This document shows positions 56,791 through 64,000 of a DNA stretch of 64,000 nucleotides, piece after piece. The translations under genes and the position numbers were made by a program. The DNA is from an uncultured Candidatus Binatia bacterium (GTDB lineage: Bacteria; Desulfobacterota; Binatia; Bin18). The stretch is taken from positions 3,200,001 to 3,264,000 of the forward strand of contig OZ241744.1 in assembly GCA_965200965.1 (NCBI GenBank), given 5' to 3'. Position 1 is the stretch's first letter; every line of letters begins with the position of its first letter. Under the pieces are notes generated by a model that saw nothing but the letters and a program-made list of their open reading frames with translations, did not search any database and was not told where the DNA came from.

Positions 56791-57030
56791 CTACGCTAGG
56801 CTGCCCGGCAACACGCCGAGCCAGACCGGCCTGTTGCGGTCGCCACCCTGAAACAGCAGCCAGACCGTTTCTCCGACACCAGGCAGGGTCTTCACGCCGG
56901 GCGGCAGGCACGGCAGTGCCCAGTCGGCCACGCCGGGCACTTCAAAAACCTCGACTTTGAGCCGCAGCCGCCCTTCCGGGTCCCGGTTCTCCCGGACTAT
57001 GCCCTGATAGACTCCGACGACATGATCCAT
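56791..57030 (-). CDS. Stand-alone phage baseplate GpV/Gp5-type N-terminal OB-fold protein (79 aa)
   Basis: GVYQGIV..N.DPEGRLRLKVEV..V...WALPC....P.VGETVW..F.GGD...PVWLG; AGGGA RBS. Confidence 0.82.
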   Translation of the reverse strand: MDHVVGVYQGIVRENRDPEGRLRLKVEVFEVPGVADWALPCLPPGVKTLPGVGETVWLLFQGGDRNRPVWLGVLPGSLA

Positions 57031-57454
57031 TGTGGCTTCCCTATCGCATCCTGCAAAGAAAAGACATCAGGCTCGGCCAAGACTTGGCGCGGCTCGCCGT
57101 GGCCGATTGGAGCGCCCTGTCTGAGCACGCTCAGAGCAACACGCCCATGTCCGGGGGCTCTTTTTTCCAGATTTTCCGCTAAGATGCCCAGCCGTGCCGG
57201 CCGGTCCGCTGAAGCCACGCCCCGACTCCAGCCGAATACAGGATCCTCAACCAGCCGGGAGCGGCCACGCCGGCCCGGCACTGTATCAGGATGGCCGGCT
57301 GTTCAGTCTGAAAACCCCGCGGGGATATCTTTAGGGGTCTGGTCTCGGCCATGGTGTCTCTGCCGCCGGCCCTAGCCTCACGAAGGCGAGAGAAGTGGCC
57401 TGAATACAGACAGCGAGGCCGGCACCGCGGCAGCCACAGGAAGGGAGAAACGCC

Positions 57455-58375
57455 ATGAAACGATGTATGCCTATCACGGCTTGGCTTGGGATGGTCCTGT
57501 TCAGCGCCGGGGCAAGCCTGGCTCAGCAGGACTTCAGCGGCGTCGATATCTCGGCCACCGCCCTGCGCGGCCCCATCCATATGCTGACGTCCAGCGCCCC
57601 GGCCGGGAATATCGGGGTATCGGTCGGCTCAGATGGGCTGCTGATTGTTGATGATCAGTTCGCGCCCCTGGCCGACAAGATACAGGCCGCGCTGAGCGGC
57701 CTGGGCGACGGGCCGCTCAGATTCATTCTGAACACCCACTGGCACGGCGATCATACCGGCGGCAATCCGGTATTTGGCAAGCAGGCCCCGATCGTCGCCC
57801 ATACTAACGTCCGCAAGCGGCTGATGACCGAGCAGCGGATCGGCACCCGGGCCGTTCCCGCCGCTCCGCAGGCCGGCTGGCCGGTCGTCACCTTTGACGA
57901 GTCGGTGTCGATTCACTTCAACGGCGAAGAGATCAGGGTTGTCCACTTCCCCCGCGGCCATACCGACGGGGACAGCGTGGTGTTCTTTACCGGCTCAAAC
58001 GTCGTCCATCTGGGTGACCATTTTTTTGCCGGCAGCTTTCCGTTTGTTGACCTCGACAGCGGGGGCGATGTTGAGCAGTTCACCGCCAATATCGCCACTG
58101 TGCTCGCTCAGCTCGCCGACGATGTGCAGATCATCCCCGGCCACGGCCCCCTGTCCAGCAAAGCCGACCTGCACGCCTATCACCGGATGCTGGTCGCAAC
58201 GACCGAGTTCGTCCGCCAGCAGGTTGCCGCGGAGAAGAGCCTGGAACAACTCCAGGCGGCCGGCCTGCCCGATGAGTGGAAGGACTGGGGCAGCGGCGCG
58301 ATCACCGCCGAGCGCTGGATGGCGATGGTCTATCGCAGCCTGACCCGAGCGGGTAGCGGGCGGTCGGGGAGTTGA
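57455..58375 (+). CDS. Exported MBL-fold metallo-hydrolase (cyclase-like)
   Basis: Signal peptide, NTHWHGDHTGGN, GHTDGD, HLGD, IPGHG. Confidence 0.94.
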   Translation: MKRCMPITAWLGMVLFSAGASLAQQDFSGVDISATALRGPIHMLTSSAPAGNIGVSVGSDGLLIVDDQFAPLADKIQAALSGLGDGPLRFILNTHWHGDHTGGNPVFGKQAPIVAHTNVRKRLMTEQRIGTRAVPAAPQAGWPVVTFDESVSIHFNGEEIRVVHFPRGHTDGDSVVFFTGSNVVHLGDHFFAGSFPFVDLDSGGDVEQFTANIATVLAQLADDVQIIPGHGPLSSKADLHAYHRMLVATTEFVRQQVAAEKSLEQLQAAGLPDEWKDWGSGAITAERWMAMVYRSLTRAGSGRSGS

Positions 58376-58457
58376 GCGCCCGCAGAACAGCTTGACCCGC
58401 CTGACGGCCGCGTGTCATACGAGAACCACCAGCCGGACCGAGCATGAGGAGACGCCC

Positions 58458-58631
58458 ATGAAAGCCACGGCACTGGCGCTTGTTTTTGTTGGCTGCTACT
58501 GGATTCTGAACGGATACCAGAGCATGGACCAAGGGGGGTCGGCTGGCATCTGGCAGATTGCCCTGGGTCTCGCAACCCTGCCCGTTGCCAAGTTCCTGTG
58601 GGACCGGGATATCGGGCCCAGGGAGTCTTAG
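58458..58631 (+). CDS. Small two-TM hypothetical protein (57 aa)
   Basis: GAGGAG RBS, ATG 58458, two hydrophobic segments. Confidence 0.62.
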   Translation: MKATALALVFVGCYWILNGYQSMDQGGSAGIWQIALGLATLPVAKFLWDRDIGPRES

Positions 58632-58652
58632 CAGCCCTGTCGGCTTACCTGC

Positions 58653-59063
58653 TCATACATCAGCACCGATTGCGGCCAAGCCGGCCTCGGAGTACTCAAT
58701 GTCTTCGTCTTCCGTTCCACCGCTGGCCCCAAGGCCGCCGATCAACTCACCGCCGACGATGAGCGGCAAGCCGCCGGCCAGCAGCAGGGGGCGGCAGACA
58801 ATGTTCATCACACTGTCGATCAACTGCGGTCTGGCCTCGGCCCAGCTTGCCAACCTCTCTTGAGTTGCGCTTAAACGTTGCTGCGGTAAACGCCTTGCTC
58901 TGGGCGATGCCGGCGGTCATCCAGCGTGCTCCGTCCATACGCGCGAAGCGACCGGATTGCCGGCGGCGTCAACCACCACAAAGCTCATCTGCCAGCCCTG
59001 GTCGTGGGCTTTTTCTTCGCACACGATCATACCCTTCCGGGCCAGGGCTAATGTCAGTGCCAT
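58653..59063 (-). pseudogene. GlcG/HbpS-family heme-binding protein, two frameshifts
   Basis: VVVDAAGN / RMDGA..IAQSKAFTA / GGLPLIVGGELIGGLGASGGTEDED occur in three separate ORF segments. Confidence 0.88.
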
Positions 59064-59076
59064 TGCTTTCCTTATC

Positions 59077-59982
59077 TTAACGCTGGTGGTACAGCGGATG
59101 GCCGTTGACCGAGGTCTGCACACAACTGAAATGGTCGCCCTCCAGGTTGGCAAAGTACAGGGTCTGGAGGCCCGGCCCGCCAAAGGCGCAATTGGTCGGA
59201 AAGTTGAGCTTGTGGCCGGCTGGATCATTGACCAGCATGGTCCACTTGCCGTTGGTATCGACCTTGATTATCTGATGGGCTGGGGTCATGCCGCCGTTTT
59301 CAATCCGGGCCGGCAGGGTGATGTACAGGTTGCGGTCGGTGTCAAAGGCCATGCCGTCGGGCAGGGCCGGGAAGCCCTCGGAGTAGACTTCGGGCTTGCC
59401 GAAGGTCCCGTCCTTGTTGATCTGGATACGCAGACAGTCGTTGCGGGTGCTCTCCAGCACATACACGGCATCTTCGTTGGGGTCAATGGCTGTGCCGTTG
59501 GCCAGATACAGGCCGGTGACGACCACATCGCCCTGGCCGTTGGGCCGGACGCGCACTAGGGCACCGTTGGGAGCCGGGGTTTTCATCTCGTTCAGGACGG
59601 ACTCAATGGTGGCCGTGCTGGAGTTGGAGATGTACAGATTGCCCTCGCCGTCGTAGCTGGCAAAATTGGGCAGGCTCAGCTTGACATCGCCCACCCGGTC
59701 GGCCACCAGTGAGACTTGGCCACTCTGGGAGACCTTCATCACCGCTTGCTTGCCGAGGTCGCAGTAGACGATGTTGCCCTCCTGGTCCAGGGTGATGCCG
59801 TTTGGAATTGAGCCTTCGGGCAGCCGCGCGCACTCGCTGACCGCACCGTCTGGCGTGACCTTGTACATGACGCCGTTGCGCCCACCGCCGTAGACATTGC
59901 CGTCTGTATCGACCACCACGCCCTCGGCCTGCACCACGCCTTTACCAAAAATTTCCACTTGATCGACTGAAAATATCGCCAC
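59077..59982 (-). CDS. SMP-30/gluconolactonase/LRE family protein
   Basis: AEG, PNG, LPNF, LANG, LPDGMAFD, PTNCAFGG; AAGGAGG RBS. Confidence 0.93.
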   Translation of the reverse strand: MAIFSVDQVEIFGKGVVQAEGVVVDTDGNVYGGGRNGVMYKVTPDGAVSECARLPEGSIPNGITLDQEGNIVYCDLGKQAVMKVSQSGQVSLVADRVGDVKLSLPNFASYDGEGNLYISNSSTATIESVLNEMKTPAPNGALVRVRPNGQGDVVVTGLYLANGTAIDPNEDAVYVLESTRNDCLRIQINKDGTFGKPEVYSEGFPALPDGMAFDTDRNLYITLPARIENGGMTPAHQIIKVDTNGKWTMLVNDPAGHKLNFPTNCAFGGPGLQTLYFANLEGDHFSCVQTSVNGHPLYHQR

Positions 59983-60003
59983 GGATATTCCTCCTTGTGT
60001 GTG

Positions 60004-60993
60004 TCAGTAGGTTGATTCGGGTTGTGCGTCGTTGATCTCGACAGTATAGCGTCCGGCCAGAATGTCGGCCTTGAGCTGCTTGACCCTGGCCTTGGCCGCG
60101 GCAGGGATGCGGTCCTCGAACTCGTAATAGGGGGCAAGCCTGGCCCCGCCCCGCCGCATCATGCTCCATTCCCGGTAGTCGGCAGCCTTGAAACGGCCCT
60201 CCCTGACCGCTCGAATGGCCTGGCTGATGGCGGCATTCATATCCCACACCGCGGAGGTGACCACCACGTTGTGGCCGTTTTCCTCTTTGTTCATGTCGTT
60301 GACATTGCCGAAGGCGATCAGGCCGTGCTCGCCGGCGGCCTCGACCACGCCGGTACGCTCGGCGTACAGTGCGTCAACGCCGGCTGTGATCTGGGCCAGG
60401 GCGGCCGCCTTGGCCTTGGGTGGGTCATACCAGGAGTTGATAAAGGCCACCTTGAACTCGACCTGGGGGTTGACCGAGCGGGCACCGTTCATAAAGGCGT
60501 GAAACAGACGGTTGACCTCGCCGACTGGGTAGCCACCGACCATGCCGAGCCGGTTTGATTTGGTCATGGCACCGGCCAGGACGCCCATCAGGTAGCACGG
60601 TTCGTGGAGCCAGTTGTCGAAAACCGCAAAGTTGGCTCCGTGCGGCTCAAAGGGGTCGCCCATCAGGAAGGCGACCTGGGGGTAGGCGTCGGCCAGCCGG
60701 CGGGCCTCCTGGCTGAGACCAAAGGTTTCGCCTACGATCAGCCTGACGCCGCTCTCGGCGTAGTCGCCGAGCACGCGAATATAGTCGGCGGTCAAGACCT
60801 GCTCCGAAAAGACATATTTGATCTCGCCGCGAGCCGCGGCCTCAGTCAATGCCTGGTGCAGACGGGCGTCCCATTTCTGATGAATCGGCTGGGTGTAGAC
60901 GCCGGCGACTGTAATCGGGTCGGCCGCGGCCCTGTGGCTATCGAAGGCAGTCAGCGCGACCACGGCGAGGGCCGCGGCAAAAATCCTGGACAT
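60004..60993 (-). CDS. BMP-family ABC transporter substrate-binding protein (purine/nucleoside-like)
   Basis: Signal peptide, YLMGVLAGAMTKSNRLGMVGG, FINSWYDPPKAK, FGNVND. Confidence 0.92.
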   Translation of the reverse strand: MSRIFAAALAVVALTAFDSHRAAADPITVAGVYTQPIHQKWDARLHQALTEAAARGEIKYVFSEQVLTADYIRVLGDYAESGVRLIVGETFGLSQEARRLADAYPQVAFLMGDPFEPHGANFAVFDNWLHEPCYLMGVLAGAMTKSNRLGMVGGYPVGEVNRLFHAFMNGARSVNPQVEFKVAFINSWYDPPKAKAAALAQITAGVDALYAERTGVVEAAGEHGLIAFGNVNDMNKEENGHNVVVTSAVWDMNAAISQAIRAVREGRFKAADYREWSMMRRGGARLAPYYEFEDRIPAAAKARVKQLKADILAGRYTVEINDAQPESTY

Positions 60994-61003
60994 GGCTCCG
61001 AGT

Positions 61004-61444
61004 TCAGGCGGCCTTGGTGCGGGTAAACGTCACCTCGCCGACCTCAGGGCCGCTCAGCACGACGAGCAGGTGGCCGTCTTTGTCACCGATATTGCGGAAG
61101 CCCTCGTTGGTTCGGGCGGGAAAGGATATCGTGTCCCAGGGGCCGAGCTTGACCTCGTGCTCGCCGTTCTCCCCCCAGAAAAACGTCCACTGACCGTCCA
61201 TGACCACAAACACCTCCGGCTTGGGATGGCTGTGTAGGGGAGCCCCCTTGCCTGGGCTGACTTTGTTGATGGCCATGTAGAAACCGTGGTCGCCGGCAAT
61301 AGGCGACTTAGTCTTGCCGGCCTTGCCGATCAGGGCATAGCCCTGGGTGCCGTCCGGCCTGTAGTCCTTGATGAAGCTGGAGTAGTCAATCGGTTTGAGT
61401 TCAGCAAAACGCGCCACCGTGGTGCTCATGGGTGTTGAAGCCAT
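61004..61444 (-). CDS. Cupin-domain protein
   Basis: PGKGAPLHSHPKPEVFVVMDG, LGPWDTISFP. Confidence 0.88.
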   Translation of the reverse strand: MASTPMSTTVARFAELKPIDYSSFIKDYRPDGTQGYALIGKAGKTKSPIAGDHGFYMAINKVSPGKGAPLHSHPKPEVFVVMDGQWTFFWGENGEHEVKLGPWDTISFPARTNEGFRNIGDKDGHLLVVLSGPEVGEVTFTRTKAA

Positions 61445-61613
61445 ACTGTCCCTCCTTGCTGTGACATTGGGCGACAGCATGGAACATCTGGCCGGGCGGT
61501 GTCAAGACATGGCCGCCCGGCCCAGGCAGCGATCAAGGTTGGCGAGTCATGCCTCGCGCCGTCTGTTCCATCAGCACCGATCGTACACCGGCTGACCTTT
61601 GCGGCACGCCCGT

Positions 61614-62099
61614 CTACCGCCCCATTTTGAGACGATCTTCCTGGGCCCAGCCCTCTTTCAGCGGCACGGTGAAGTACGGGGTGAGGTGCATTTTTTTGAA
61701 CTTCCAGCGGCCGTTCTCCTTGGCGTACTCGTCGGCGTAGCGGGCGGCCACTAGGTAGGGCTCACCCTTGGAAATCGTTTTGGCTTCGAGGTAGCTCAAG
61801 CCGGTCCCGGTGTCCTCCTTAAGTTCAACGGCGTGGTTGTGGACGAACTGCTTGACAAACGACAGGAGATGGGAGACGCCGCCGAAAAATGTGGTCAACT
61901 CCTCCCGGCCGTGCGCTTTGCCCAGATAACCAAAATCCAGGTCGCCGTCTTTGGTAAATAGAGCGGGAATCTCGGCCAACTTCCCTTCGTTGATACACTC
62001 GTGATAACGATAGCGCAGTGCCCGGACCGCCTCGCGGTCCTGCAATGCCTGCACCTGGGCTTCCAGGGCTTGAATGCGGGCTTCGAGATCGTGTGCCAT
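61614..62099 (-). CDS. SnoaL/NTF2-like protein
   Basis: LQDREAVRALRYRY, LFTKDG, RYADEYAKENGRWKF. Confidence 0.9.
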   Translation of the reverse strand: MAHDLEARIQALEAQVQALQDREAVRALRYRYHECINEGKLAEIPALFTKDGDLDFGYLGKAHGREELTTFFGGVSHLLSFVKQFVHNHAVELKEDTGTGLSYLEAKTISKGEPYLVAARYADEYAKENGRWKFKKMHLTPYFTVPLKEGWAQEDRLKMGR

Positions 62100-62180
62100 A
62101 ATCCTCTCTCCTCGTGTGTCGGACGAATACGGACCCCGGTCTGTACAACGCCCTGGGCCGCTGTGGGGTCAGCGCCGGCT

Positions 62181-63245
62181 TCAGGCGTAATGGCTGCGCC
62201 GTTTGGCCACCATCTCGCGCTCCAGATAGAACACTTCGCGCCGGTCCCAGCCGCCGTCTTTTTCCACAAATTTATGGCCGCGCAGGATCGTTGCCACAAT
62301 ACCCAGGTCGGGCCGGCCGGGATAGTCGCGCCGGTCGCTGATCTCGGTGGAGGCAAACACGGTATCGCCGACAAACACCGGGCCGGTATGACGGCCGCGG
62401 GGATAGATCATATCGCCGACGGCGTTGTCGCCTATGTCGGGGCAGGACAGCCCTAGGCACAGGTTAAATACCAGGCCGCCGTAGACGATCAGCCGTCCAC
62501 CGATATATCTGGTCGGATTCTGGTCAATCAGGTGCTGGTTGGTGTGGACCTGAGAAGTGTTGTCGAGCATGGCGGTGAGGGCCATGTGGCTGGCAGTCAC
62601 GGTCCTGCCCCGCGAGTGCTCAATAGTCTGAGCGGGGGTCAGGTCCTCAAAATAGGTATCGGCGTTGCTCAGGTGCGCCAAGCTGGGATAGTCCCGGCTC
62701 GCGTCATAGGCCGGTACGCCCAACTCGCATCGAATTTCTGGAATAGCCGCCAACTCGCCGGCCTCAACCGGTGCGTCGGTATCTTTCCAGACCTGGACCT
62801 TGCGGCGCAGGGTCAGTACGACCTCGTTGTTCTGGTTGCGACCGGTGGTCTGCACATGAACAACCCCCCGGTCCGGGTCACGCGACGAGGGCGTGAGGCC
62901 GATGATGTGGGTCTCGACCTCAATTGTATCACCAATATACACCGGTGTGCCAAAGCGTATGTCCTGATACTCCAAGTTGGCCCGGGCATTCTCGGAAATA
63001 TCCTCGACGCTCTGGCTGAAGACCATGTTCATGACCAGACCCGGCGGAGCAACCAAGCCGCGGTAGCCGTAGCGGGTGGCGTAGCGCAGGTTTTTGGACA
63101 GGGGGTTGGTGGTCATGCCGAACTCGGTGAAGGCGTTAAACAGGCCCTCGGTGAGTGTCTTGCCGACCTTATGGCGAAAGTGCTGCCCGGTCCGAAAGTC
63201 TTCAAGGAAATTGCCGCGTTTCTTGCGGGTTGGCATGGCTAGCAT
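62181..63245 (-). CDS. Tandem MaoC-domain dehydratase (mesaconyl-CoA hydratase-like)
   Basis: GNFLEDF..G..HKVGKT and YFEDL...HSRGRT duplicated hot-dog domains; PVYIGDT and PVFVGDT; start could be ATG 63236. Confidence 0.85.
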   Translation of the reverse strand: MLAMPTRKKRGNFLEDFRTGQHFRHKVGKTLTEGLFNAFTEFGMTTNPLSKNLRYATRYGYRGLVAPPGLVMNMVFSQSVEDISENARANLEYQDIRFGTPVYIGDTIEVETHIIGLTPSSRDPDRGVVHVQTTGRNQNNEVVLTLRRKVQVWKDTDAPVEAGELAAIPEIRCELGVPAYDASRDYPSLAHLSNADTYFEDLTPAQTIEHSRGRTVTASHMALTAMLDNTSQVHTNQHLIDQNPTRYIGGRLIVYGGLVFNLCLGLSCPDIGDNAVGDMIYPRGRHTGPVFVGDTVFASTEISDRRDYPGRPDLGIVATILRGHKFVEKDGGWDRREVFYLEREMVAKRRSHYA

Positions 63246-63925
63246 CCCAGTGCGGACAGAAATTCCTGAAGGCTGCGTGTGGTCAGGTGCAGATACATGT
63301 TGTGTTTTTTCTGGTTGCCCAGCGTATCGGACGGCTGGCCGCCATAGTTGTGGCCGGGAAACAGCTTGGTCTCGTCCACGAGTTTTGAGAGTGTCTGCAA
63401 GCTGTGGTACATGTCCTCCGGGCTGCTGCCGGGCAGGTCAACCCGACCGCACGAGTTGATGAACAGGGTGTCCCCGGCTACCAAGCTGTGGCCGATCAAA
63501 AAACACTGCGAGCCTGGAGTGTGGCCGGGGGTGTGAATGAATGTGACTGCTATGTTGCCGACCTGGGTGGTATCGCCGCCCTCCACTTTGACCAAGTCGG
63601 AGTCGGACAGCCCGGCGATCCGGTGCAGGAACTCGGCCTCGGCCTTATGAATATAGACTTTGGCCTTGACCTGATTGAGCAGTTCGGCCGCGCCTTGAAT
63701 ATGGTGGCCGGAAAACTCGCCGCCCAGATGGTCTTGATGATAGTGGCTGACCAGGGCTTTGCCGATCGTGTAGCCGTCCTGTTGGGCGATATTGACTAGG
63801 GCCGGAATATCCCACGCCGCATCAATTACCAGCGCCTCGCGGGTCTGTGGGTCGCCGATAATATAGGCGAAGTTCTGCATCGGCCCGATTTCAATCTGCT
63901 TGAAATAGAGAGGCATTTCAGCCAT
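63239..63925 (-). CDS. MBL-fold hydrolase, glyoxalase II-like
   Basis: GPMQNFAY, SHYHQDH, HTPGHTPGS, GDTLF..CGRVDLPG, PGHNY. Confidence 0.93.
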   Translation of the reverse strand: MAEMPLYFKQIEIGPMQNFAYIIGDPQTREALVIDAAWDIPALVNIAQQDGYTIGKALVSHYHQDHLGGEFSGHHIQGAAELLNQVKAKVYIHKAEAEFLHRIAGLSDSDLVKVEGGDTTQVGNIAVTFIHTPGHTPGSQCFLIGHSLVAGDTLFINSCGRVDLPGSSPEDMYHSLQTLSKLVDETKLFPGHNYGGQPSDTLGNQKKHNMYLHLTTRSLQEFLSALGC

Positions 63926-64000
63926 TACTCGGCCTTTCTCCTTTGGGCTCGGGTGTCGTGGTCCTGGCCCGGTCGTGGCCGCGCAGGCCTCGCTCCCACA

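Overview
A GC-rich bacterial chromosome segment from a diderm with deltaproteobacteria-like gene order. Candidatus Binatota/Binatia is my best guess, an inference from gene-family content only. From left to right it holds: (1) two tandem tungsten/molybdopterin aldehyde:ferredoxin oxidoreductase (AOR/WOR) modules, each with its own polyferredoxin and MoaD-like sulfur carrier, flanked by a rhodanese and separated by a DUF1329-like gene; (2) a CobS-like gene, LysR, RodZ and acyl-CoA/flavin catabolic genes; (3) an alpha2-type glycyl-tRNA synthetase with a large insertion, followed by two accessory genes; (4) selB and a selD with an in-frame UGA (selenocysteine) and a SECIS-like hairpin, which the ORF track truncated; (5) lolC/E-lolD-bamA-fabZ-lpxA-lpxI and a 1074-aa multi-propeller secreted protein; (6) tRNA-Ala(GGC), a frameshifted deacetylase, and a co-oriented trio of degenerate LeuD-like protein, Hel308/Ski2-like helicase and unknown protein; (7) thiolase/OB-fold, lolA, ftsK, rnj, plsC, tatA, a TonB-like gene and tRNA-Ala(CGC); (8) an accessory, partly decayed stretch with actP, an orphan phage-spike OB-fold gene and small catabolic genes. 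I found no CRISPR array, rRNA, integrase or transposase. At least four pseudogenes suggest ongoing gene erosion. The best candidates for an undescribed system are the divergent WOR module and the helicase trio. All protein calls come from motif recognition by eye, not database searches.
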